The position numbers were made by a program, and so were the translations under genes. Below, piece by piece: positions 17,112-24,856 of a stretch of DNA of 26,727 bases. How positions within the stretch are numbered: position 1 is the stretch's first letter; each line of letters begins with the position of its first letter. The notes under the pieces were generated by a model. It had not been told where the DNA came from, did not search any database, and worked only from the letters and a program-made list of their open reading frames with translations. Source of the DNA: Rhodospirillales bacterium. GTDB taxonomy: Bacteria; Pseudomonadota; Alphaproteobacteria; SMXQ01. The stretch lies in NCBI GenBank assembly GCA_024638585.1, contig JAHEKA010000001.1, positions 1 through 26,727 of the forward strand, given 5' to 3'.

Positions 17112-17136
17112 TCGCCCGCGTAGAAAGAACAAACAC

Positions 17137-18369
17137 TTGAACAATCATCTCAGTTTTTCGGAACTTGGTGTAGCAAAACCCCTGTGCGGAATTCTCGCCG
17201 CCAGGAACTACCACACCCCCACGCCCATTCAGGCGCGGGCCATTCCCGTTCTGTTGGAAGGCCGTGACGTTCTGGGCGTTGCCCAGACCGGCACCGGCAA
17301 GACCGCCGCCTTCGCGCTGCCGGTCCTGCAGAACCTGTCGAACCGGGAGCGCCGCTCCGGCCCGCGCGCACTCGTCCTTGCGCCGACCCGTGAGCTGGCC
17401 ATCCAGATCGCCGACGGCTTCAAGGCCTATGGCGCGCCCACGAAGCTGCGCCTGGCCTTGGTATATGGCGGCGTGTCCCCACGCGGACAGATCGATAAAT
17501 TGCGCCGCGGCGTGGACATCATCGTTGCGACCCCCGGGCGCCTGGTGGACCTCATGAACCAGGGACACGCGGTTCTCCGGGATGTCGAATGCCTGGTCCT
17601 GGATGAGGCGGACCGGATGCTCGACATGGGGTTCATCCGCGACATGCGTAAGATCGTCGACGCGGTCCCCGGGCAGCGGCAGTCTCTTCTGTTTTCCGCG
17701 ACCATGCCGAAAGAGATCGAGCGGCTGGCTGCGGACATGCTGCACGACCCCGTTCGAATCGACATCGCCCCGGAAGTGGTCGCGATCGAAACGGTCCAGC
17801 AAAGCGTTCACTTCGTTGACGGTCGGGCAAAGATGGGCTTCCTGCGTGAGCTCATGGGGGACGCGGATTTGTCCCGGGTCATTGTGTTTACCCGGACAAA
17901 GCGCCGCGCCAATTTCGTTGCGGAAAAACTTGTCGGGGCGGGCGTTGCTGCCGAGGCGATCCACGGCAACAAATCCCAAGGCCAGCGCCAACGCGCACTG
18001 AACAATTTCCGCAAAGGTTCGGCCCGTGTCCTGGTGGCGACCGATATCGCCGCGCGCGGCATCGACGTGCCGGGTGTCACCCATGTCATCAACTTTGAAC
18101 TGCCCAATGAGCCGGAAAGCTATGTGCATCGCATCGGCCGCACGGCCCGGGCCGGGGCCCTGGGCACCGCGGTATCGTTCTGCGCCGCCGACGAATACGC
18201 TTACCTGCGTGATATCGAGGCACTGACCCGGACCCCGATTTCGGTTGCAAGCGGCATGCGGCCATCGGGCACGGTGACGCCGAAGCCGAAACGGAGTGGC
18301 CGAAATGCACCCACGCGTCAACGCAGTCGTCCGCGCCGGCAGAGTCGGGCGCGTCGCCGCGCCGCTTGA
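17137..18369 (+). CDS. rhlE: DEAD-box RNA helicase (RhlE-like)
   Basis: Q motif PTPIQ, AQTGTGKT, PTRELA, TPGRL, DEAD, SAT, TDIAARGID and HRIGRTAR. Arg-rich tail, TTG start. Confidence 0.95.
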   Translation: MNNHLSFSELGVAKPLCGILAARNYHTPTPIQARAIPVLLEGRDVLGVAQTGTGKTAAFALPVLQNLSNRERRSGPRALVLAPTRELAIQIADGFKAYGAPTKLRLALVYGGVSPRGQIDKLRRGVDIIVATPGRLVDLMNQGHAVLRDVECLVLDEADRMLDMGFIRDMRKIVDAVPGQRQSLLFSATMPKEIERLAADMLHDPVRIDIAPEVVAIETVQQSVHFVDGRAKMGFLRELMGDADLSRVIVFTRTKRRANFVAEKLVGAGVAAEAIHGNKSQGQRQRALNNFRKGSARVLVATDIAARGIDVPGVTHVINFELPNEPESYVHRIGRTARAGALGTAVSFCAADEYAYLRDIEALTRTPISVASGMRPSGTVTPKPKRSGRNAPTRQRSRPRRQSRARRRAA

Positions 18370-18430
18370 CGTGCAATGTCACTTCCCCTGCCGCGCCAAA
18401 ATCGACAATTGCAAAGCCTAGGAGAAAACG

Positions 18431-18661
18431 ATGGGCCGCAAGAAACCCAAGGGCAAGAGCGCCGCGTTCGTCGCCTTCAATGTCGTCTATGAAGACGGCA
18501 TGGTGACCTCGAACCGGCGGGTCGCGAGCGAACTGCTCGACCAATCCTTCGGCGAACCGCTCGAGGACTTGGTTCGCGCCGCGATCGAGGACCAGGACAA
18601 TGAGATTGCCAAGCGCGCCGGTCGCCGCCGGGCCGACATCAAGTCCATCGAACGGGTCTGA
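18431..18661 (+). CDS. Small hypothetical protein (FNVVYEDG..SNRRV motif)
   Basis: 76 aa, strong AGGAGA RBS, protein-like composition, codirectional with cspA and rhlE. The motif resembles recalled small alphaproteobacterial hypothetical proteins. Confidence 0.78.
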   Translation: MGRKKPKGKSAAFVAFNVVYEDGMVTSNRRVASELLDQSFGEPLEDLVRAAIEDQDNEIAKRAGRRRADIKSIERV

Positions 18662-18862
18662 CCTCGGCATTGGGCGCTTGGTGGGTCCAAGGGGTGCGTG
18701 CCCGCCAGCCTTTGCCGCGGCCGGGCCGGGGCATCGGGACCGCGCCAATGGCCCCCATCGGCCCGAATAGCCTCATATAATACGGCCCCCTATGGGAGGC
18801 ATTTCGTGATATATAGGGCCGCAGACAGGCAGAGTACCGCATAGGTGAATAGGGAACGGCAG

Positions 18863-19462
18863 ATGAGCGAAGACACCCTCAGCGATCAAGAAACCGACGT
18901 CTACGTCAAACCGGGCGATCCTGGGCACAATGCCGGTAAAGAGGTCGTTTGGACGCGCTGGCAGAAAAAGCGCACTTTTGTGCGCGCGCTCGAAGGCACC
19001 TATGGGGAAGTCTACAAGAGCCTGTATTCCCAGCCCCGCGTCTATCCCCATGGCGATTTCGCGTGGAAAGGGGGGCCGGGATATTACGACAAGGCGCCGA
19101 TCAATCCCCAGGCGGTCGAGATCGCCCAGTCCATCGAATGCCATATCAGCGCGTTTGCCGCCCATTGCCACGGCCAGAAGCACGGGCACATGAACTCGGC
19201 GGTGTTCTATATCCTGACCGGCCAGGGCCACGACGTTCATGACGGGGTGACCTTGCCCTACGAGTCGGGCGATGCCTGCATCGTCGAGAACGGCTGCGTG
19301 CACCAGCATTTCAACGACGGCGACAACGAAATGATCGCCCTGGTGATGAAAGCGAAGCCGCTCTTCCTGTTCATGCACATGCTGTTCCAGAAGGTGGTCG
19401 AATACCCGCCCAAGGAACTGCCGACCGGGGTCGATGATTACGATCCGCCGGTCGATCTCTGA
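18863..19462 (+). CDS. Cupin domain protein (gentisate 1,2-dioxygenase-like 3-His site)
   Basis: HGHMNSAVFYILTGQG and GDACIVENGCVHQHFN cupin motifs. ATG 18863 follows AGGGA. Confidence 0.87.
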   Translation: MSEDTLSDQETDVYVKPGDPGHNAGKEVVWTRWQKKRTFVRALEGTYGEVYKSLYSQPRVYPHGDFAWKGGPGYYDKAPINPQAVEIAQSIECHISAFAAHCHGQKHGHMNSAVFYILTGQGHDVHDGVTLPYESGDACIVENGCVHQHFNDGDNEMIALVMKAKPLFLFMHMLFQKVVEYPPKELPTGVDDYDPPVDL

Positions 19463-19574
19463 GCCTCCCGCCCCGGCGATTGCCACGGGAGGACCGCTTC
19501 GCCGTTAAGAGGGCGCGCGCGTCGGCCGGATCCTGGCGGGCGGGTTTCCCTATATTGAGGATCACGTAGCTATC

Positions 19575-19603
19575 GCCGGCGGTGGGTTGGCCCCGCCGCT
19601 GGC
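19575..19603. terminator. Hairpin in the gap between convergent cupin and OCD-family genes
   Basis: 12-bp stem with two G-U pairs (GCCGGCGGTGGG/CCCGCCGCTGGC). A second stem CCTCCCG/CGGGAGG lies at 19464-19492. No clear U tract. Confidence 0.35.
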
Positions 19604-19668
19604 ATTCACCTGCGTGGCACCTCGGTGCTGCCTCCGATTTGAGCCCAATCCCAGGGGTTGGGGCCGTA

Positions 19669-20748
19669 TCAGGGATGGACGTCTTCGGTGAACCAGTCGG
19701 TCGGCAGTTCGTGGCCCCGGCCGGCCTCGACGGCCTTGGCGTAGAACGCCGCCCCGGTGGCGGTGAACTGGAAGCCGAGCCCATGATAATTGAGGAAGCA
19801 CGTCACCTGATCGGCGTTGTCCCGGGCCGGGGCCTGGCCGGCGACCACCTTGGCCAGGGTAGGGGCCTTCAAGATCTGATCGAAGCCGTCGACTTCGGCG
19901 ATCTCCTTGCCGAGGTCGGGAATGGTCAGCCCTTCGGGCGCCAGGATATGGTCGTCGCCCATATTTCCGGGGTCGTGGATCGCCAGCAGGTCGACGCGGT
20001 CCAACACGGCGGTTTCGAACTCGCCGTCGCGGATGGTGGCGAGATGCATCCCGGGCTCCACCCAGTCGCGGAAGAAAATGTTCTCCATGGAATTGGTGGC
20101 GGTCACGACGATGTCCGCGCCGCGCACCGCGTCCTCTGGCTGGTCCGCGGCGATCACCTCGATCCCGTGCCGTTCCGACATGGTCGTGGCGAATGTGGCA
20201 CGGTGCTCCGCATTGGGGCTGTACACCCGGGCACGTTTGATCGGTCGCACGGCGAGCGCCGCTTCCAGATGTGCGCCCGCCTGCCAGCCGGTGCCGAGCA
20301 GCCCCAGGGTTTCCGAATCCTCGCGCGCCATGTGCTTGATCGACAAACCGGTGGATCCGGCCACGCGCAGGCGCTGGATGGCGCCATCGGGGAAGATGGC
20401 GAGCGGCTCTCCGGTGGCCGACGAGAACAGAAGCACCAGGCCGACCCAGCGGTTGCCCGGCGCCAGCGGCGCCTTGACCCGGCGTACCTTGTTGCCGTCG
20501 CGCGGCCAGGTCACGATGTCGGAATTGATGCGGATGGTGCCGACTTCCAGGTCCGGCACCACGCCCGATGCCATCTTCAGCCAATAGCGCGCGCCGGAAT
20601 CATAGGGCGTCTCGCTCACCAGATCGGCCCGGCCCCCGGCCACCGCCCGGCCTTCGGCGATGTTGCGATAGGCCGGTTCCAGCGCGGCGATCACGTCCTT
20701 CATGGTGAGAAGACCGTCGACGTCTTCGTTGCCGAGGATCAGGGTCAT
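19669..20748 (-). CDS. Ornithine cyclodeaminase / mu-crystallin family (NAD(P)-dependent imine reductase-like)
   Basis: 359 aa from ATG 20748 with AAAGGAGG RBS. LLFSSATGEPLAIF, LLGTGWQA Rossmann motif, ADIVVTATNS and GLGFQF..TGA. The ORF-track upstream extension to 21552 is antisense to comA and spurious. Confidence 0.9.
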   Translation of the reverse strand: MTLILGNEDVDGLLTMKDVIAALEPAYRNIAEGRAVAGGRADLVSETPYDSGARYWLKMASGVVPDLEVGTIRINSDIVTWPRDGNKVRRVKAPLAPGNRWVGLVLLFSSATGEPLAIFPDGAIQRLRVAGSTGLSIKHMAREDSETLGLLGTGWQAGAHLEAALAVRPIKRARVYSPNAEHRATFATTMSERHGIEVIAADQPEDAVRGADIVVTATNSMENIFFRDWVEPGMHLATIRDGEFETAVLDRVDLLAIHDPGNMGDDHILAPEGLTIPDLGKEIAEVDGFDQILKAPTLAKVVAGQAPARDNADQVTCFLNYHGLGFQFTATGAAFYAKAVEAGRGHELPTDWFTEDVHP

Positions 20749-20841
20749 GGGTCCTCCTTTCCGGCCGGTTGACAGTGTGCGGCGTCTCGGGTTGAGTGTC
20801 CCCGCTCTTATACAAGAAAAAGCAAGCGAAGGAACCTCACC

Positions 20842-21627
20842 ATGGCCCAGGATGCCGATCTCTCCAAGAACGCATTTCCCTTCATCCGTGTCGCCCCCCG
20901 GCTGCCCAAGCCACGTGACGTGGGGCTCACCATCGTCGCCGACCGGGGTCTTGGGATGAACCGGATCGATGATCTCGTGGACTCGGCCGGCGACCATATC
21001 GACGTGGTCAAGATCGCCATCGGGGCCTGGCGGCTGCAATCGGAAGCCTTCCTCAAGAAGAAGATCGCGGCGCTGAAGAAAGCGAAGATCAAGACCTTCT
21101 TCGCGGGCGACGCGACAGAGGCCGCGTTCCAGCAGGGCGTGTCGAAGGAGTTCTACCAGGCGGTCAAGAAACTGGGCGCCGACGCGGTCGAGGTGTCGTC
21201 CGCCCAGGTCACCATGTCGCTGGACGACAAATGCGGGCTGATCAAGATGGCCAAGGGATCGGGGCTCAATGTGGTGGGGGAAGCCGGCCAGAAGGGCCAC
21301 GAGGATTGGACCCGCAGCCTGCCTTTCGTTTTGGCCCAGATCGAAGCCTATCAGAAGGCCGGTGCCTGGAAGGTGCTGGTCCAGGGGGAGGGGATCTCGG
21401 AGGGCGTGGAGGATCGCAAGGAGGATCTCCTTCTCAATATCGCCGCGCGCTTCGACATCAAGGACCTGATCTTCCAGGCCAAGGACAGCGCCACCCAGGA
21501 ATGGTTCATCTCCACCTTCGGCGGGCAGGTCAATCTGGACGTCGACGACCACCAGGTGCTGGACGTGGAACTGATGCGCCGGGGCCTGCGCAAGCGCGGC
21601 GTTTTCGGCCTGCTGGGAAGCCTGTAG
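20842..21627 (+). CDS. comA: Phosphosulfolactate synthase (ComA/Hsa32)-like TIM-barrel protein, divergent active site
   Basis: GLTIVADRG, IDVVKIAIG, AVEVS, GEAGQK, LIFQAK, FGGQVNL and ELMRRGLR align in order with recalled ComA motifs. AAGGA RBS. Confidence 0.82.
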   Translation: MAQDADLSKNAFPFIRVAPRLPKPRDVGLTIVADRGLGMNRIDDLVDSAGDHIDVVKIAIGAWRLQSEAFLKKKIAALKKAKIKTFFAGDATEAAFQQGVSKEFYQAVKKLGADAVEVSSAQVTMSLDDKCGLIKMAKGSGLNVVGEAGQKGHEDWTRSLPFVLAQIEAYQKAGAWKVLVQGEGISEGVEDRKEDLLLNIAARFDIKDLIFQAKDSATQEWFISTFGGQVNLDVDDHQVLDVELMRRGLRKRGVFGLLGSL

Positions 21628-21642
21628 AGGTCTGCGGGGACC

Positions 21643-23016
21643 TCAGATTCTGAAAGTCGCGAGGGCCGAGAGGTCTTTCGCCCCGCCGATCCGCACGCAG
21701 AAGTCCAGCAGCTCTTCGCCGATTTCGGCGGGCCAGCCGCCATAGGCGACGTTGGCGCGGAACTTCGCGACCAGCTGTTCGCGTGTCAGCGGCTCCTTGC
21801 GTCCGCCGCGCATGTGGGGCTGGCGCAGCTCCTGCACGGTCCCGTCCTTGAAGGTCACGCGGATGTGGCCGGTGTAATTGTCGGGATACTCGTTCTCGGG
21901 ATCGATGACGTAGGAGATCTTGCGGCACAGTGTGAGGATCTCGGGATCGGCCGCCTTTTCGTCGGTGAACTGGTCGAGCCCGGCATCGCCGTCGAAGAAT
22001 CCCACAGCCATGCAGAACGGCATGGAGAACTTGGCGGCATAGCCCGAAGGCGGATCGTGCTTGTCGGCGAGCGGCTCCCACAACCGGTCGACCAGCCCCT
22101 CGCCGGTCTCGCAGACGATATTGTCGATCTGATCGGCGTCCGCACCGCTTTCGGCCAAGCGGATGGTGCAGTCGATAAAGGGATGGATCATGGTGCCGCA
22201 GGCATAGGGCTTGAAGGCGATGTGTTCCATGAACCACTCCTTGCCCAGGGTGGCGGTGGCAAAGTCGAAGCGCGGGTTCTCATAGCTCGGCGCGAAGGCC
22301 TTGAAGAAACTGTGCCCGCCCTCGAACACGGTGCGCGGGGCGAAATAGTCCTCCCGCCCCCAAAGGGCCGCCCGCAGGCCCGATTGCGCCGCCCAGCCGG
22401 GATGCAGGCGTTTGGTCCAGGCGCCGTCGGTGAGGTATTCGAGAATGCCCGAAGACAGCGATCCGGCGATGCCCAGCGCGCTGGTCATCTGCTGCGCGTT
22501 CAGCCCCAGCGCGACCGAGGCGCCCACCGTGCCCCCCAGCGCCCCGATCACGCCGACCGGGTGAAAGCCCGCGCGGTGGATCGCGCCCGGCGCGATGTGG
22601 TTGAAGCGGCAGATCGCCTCCAGCCCGCAGACGATGCCGAGAAGCGCGTCGGCGCCTGAGCGTTCGAACCGTTCGCAGGCGGCCAGCACCGCCGGGATCA
22701 CCATGGCGCCGACGCGGATCGGCGCGCCTTCCAGGGTGTCGTCGAAGTCCTCGCCATGGGTGGCGACGCCATTGACGATGGCGGCCCCCGCGGCATCCAG
22801 CGCTCGGCCGTGGCCGATGGCGGTGCAGGGGCCGGCCGCATCCAGACCGTCGATGATCTTGGTGACGTAATCGGTCTGGCGCGCGGCGATGCACAGGCCC
22901 GCCATATCGATCAGATCGTTGACGGCGATCTCCTTGGCCTTGTCCGGGATATCGTCCAGGGTCAGGTTGGCAAAAGTTTCCGCGAACCTCTCGGATACGG
23001 TCTGCACTTGCGTCAT
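21643..23016 (-). CDS. MmgE/PrpD family protein
   Basis: 457 aa. NGVATHGEDFDDT, KRLHPGWAAQSG, FKPYACGTMIH and AKFSMPF motifs. Confidence 0.9.
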   Translation of the reverse strand: MTQVQTVSERFAETFANLTLDDIPDKAKEIAVNDLIDMAGLCIAARQTDYVTKIIDGLDAAGPCTAIGHGRALDAAGAAIVNGVATHGEDFDDTLEGAPIRVGAMVIPAVLAACERFERSGADALLGIVCGLEAICRFNHIAPGAIHRAGFHPVGVIGALGGTVGASVALGLNAQQMTSALGIAGSLSSGILEYLTDGAWTKRLHPGWAAQSGLRAALWGREDYFAPRTVFEGGHSFFKAFAPSYENPRFDFATATLGKEWFMEHIAFKPYACGTMIHPFIDCTIRLAESGADADQIDNIVCETGEGLVDRLWEPLADKHDPPSGYAAKFSMPFCMAVGFFDGDAGLDQFTDEKAADPEILTLCRKISYVIDPENEYPDNYTGHIRVTFKDGTVQELRQPHMRGGRKEPLTREQLVAKFRANVAYGGWPAEIGEELLDFCVRIGGAKDLSALATFRI

Positions 23017-23129
23017 CGTCTGGGCTCGTTTTGGTGGGATCCGGGAATTTTTTCAGGAGCCCCAGCATAGCCCGTGCTATGACTTTTCCCAACGGCTGCT
23101 GCGACTCTTGGGGGCCAATCAGGGGGCGA

Positions 23130-24842
23130 ATGACGGATTTCGGGGACAAGGTATTCGACTATGTGATCATCGGCGGCGGCTCGGCGGGATCGGTGCTGGC
23201 GAGCCGGCTGACCGAGCGCGCCGCCAACCACGTGCTGCTGATCGAGGCGGGGGAAGATTTCCCGCCGGGGCAGGAGCCGTCTGAGATCCTCGACAGCTTC
23301 GCCGGCACGGCCCATTCCAACCCGCGCTTCACCTGGCCCAACCTGCAGGCCGCCTTCCTGCCGCGCCCGGGCAATGCCCCGGACAATCGTCCGAGGCGGC
23401 GGTACACACAGGGGCGGGTGATCGGCGGCGGCTCGTCGGTCAACGGCATGGTGTCGGTGCGCGGACTGCCGAGCGACTACGACGGTTGGGCCGCCGCCGG
23501 GGCCGACGGCTGGGATTGGGACGGCGTGCTGCCCTTCTTCAGGAAGCTGGAGCATGACCGGGATTTCGATGGGCCCCTGCACGGCAAGGACGGGCCCATC
23601 GGCCTGCGCCGCATCCCGGCCGAGGTCTGGCCCGGGTTCGTGCGCTCGGTGATCCAGGCGGTCGATGATCTTGGGTATGAGAACATCAAGGACCAGAACG
23701 GCGTCTTCACCGACGGCTATTTCCCCATCGCCATCTGCAATATCGACGATCAGCGCGTTTCCGCCGCGATCGGCTACCTGACCGCCGACGTGCGTGCGCG
23801 CGATAATTTTTCGATTGTCAGTGAGACCAAGGTCGAGCGCCTCGCGTTCGACGGTCGCCGGGTCATCGGCGTCGCTGCCCGGAATGGGGGCGGCCGGTTC
23901 GAGGTGCGGGCAAAGGAGGTGATCGTCTCCACCGGGGCGGTGCATTCGCCGGCCCTGCTGCTGCGCTCGGGCATCGGCCCGGCGGCGGAGCTCAAGGCGC
24001 TCGGCATCGACGTGGTGGCCGACCGGCCCGGCGTCGGCAAGCATCTGATGGAGCATCCCGGGGTCAATTTCGGCTGCTACATGAAGCCCGAGGCGCGCCT
24101 GCCCGCCAGCCTGCGCCGGCAGATGTTCGCAGGGCTGCGCTGGTCGTCCAACATGGAAGGCTGCCCCAAGGGGGACATGTACCTGATCCCCACCAACAAG
24201 ACCGCCTGGCACGATATCGGCGCGCGGCTCGGCGTCATCATGGTGTGGGCGAACAAGTCCTATTCCACCGGTGAGGTGCGTCTGACCTCCGCCGATCCGG
24301 GCGCGCCCATCGATGTCGATTTCGACATGTGTTCGGACCCCCGGGACCTTGACCGCCTGGTGATGGCGACGCGGCTGATGATCAAGCTGCAGGAGAACCC
24401 GGCGATCCGCGGCGCGGTGGAGGAAATCTTCCCGATCAGCTATTCGGACGGTGCGCGGAAACTCGCGGTCTATAGCCGCTACAATGAATTCAAGACCTGG
24501 TTGGGCGGCAAGGTGATGGACTCTTCTTCCCTGCTGCGCCGGTTCCTGATCGATACATTGATCGCCGACGGGCCGACGGTGGCCGACCTCGCATCCGACG
24601 AATCCGCCATGATCGCCTGGATCCGTGATACGGTGCTGGGTCATTGGCATGCGTCCTGCAGCTGCCGCATGGGCGCGGCCGATGACCCGGGCGCGGTGAC
24701 CGATTCCCATGGCCGGGTCTATGGCGTAAAAGGCCTGCGCGTCACGGATGCGTCGATCATGCCGGCGGTGCCTTGCGCCAACACCAATATTCCGACCATC
24801 ATGGTGGGAGAGAAGATTGCTGCCGCGATCCTGTCCGAATGA
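23130..24842 (+). CDS. GMC oxidoreductase, HMF oxidase (HmfH/HMFO)-like
   Basis: 570 aa from ATG 23130 (AGGGGG RBS). GGGSAG FAD motif, GRVIGGGSSVNG, RGLPSDYD, DQNGVFTDGYFP, catalytic WHAS and ANTNIPT. No signal peptide. Confidence 0.92.
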   Translation: MTDFGDKVFDYVIIGGGSAGSVLASRLTERAANHVLLIEAGEDFPPGQEPSEILDSFAGTAHSNPRFTWPNLQAAFLPRPGNAPDNRPRRRYTQGRVIGGGSSVNGMVSVRGLPSDYDGWAAAGADGWDWDGVLPFFRKLEHDRDFDGPLHGKDGPIGLRRIPAEVWPGFVRSVIQAVDDLGYENIKDQNGVFTDGYFPIAICNIDDQRVSAAIGYLTADVRARDNFSIVSETKVERLAFDGRRVIGVAARNGGGRFEVRAKEVIVSTGAVHSPALLLRSGIGPAAELKALGIDVVADRPGVGKHLMEHPGVNFGCYMKPEARLPASLRRQMFAGLRWSSNMEGCPKGDMYLIPTNKTAWHDIGARLGVIMVWANKSYSTGEVRLTSADPGAPIDVDFDMCSDPRDLDRLVMATRLMIKLQENPAIRGAVEEIFPISYSDGARKLAVYSRYNEFKTWLGGKVMDSSSLLRRFLIDTLIADGPTVADLASDESAMIAWIRDTVLGHWHASCSCRMGAADDPGAVTDSHGRVYGVKGLRVTDASIMPAVPCANTNIPTIMVGEKIAAAILSE

Positions 24843-24856
24843 GAAGGAGTGAGAAA

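Noticed and set aside
16990-18321. 443-aa minus-strand ORF
   Set aside because: Antisense shadow of the DEAD-box helicase.
15120-18800. Integrative element boundaries around the cold module
   Set aside because: No integrase, transposase or tRNA. The only similarity (AATGGCACCATGGGGC versus AATGGCCCCCATCGGC) is too weak to be a target-site or att repeat.
20749-21552. N-terminal extension making the OCD ORF 627 aa (apparent fusion)
   Set aside because: The extension is antisense to the ComA-like gene. A strong AAAGGAGG RBS marks the real start at 20748.
20842-21627. Complete coenzyme M biosynthesis cluster
   Set aside because: No comB/comC and no xcbC/D/E-type lyase or PLP genes in the window, and the ComA-like motifs are non-canonical.
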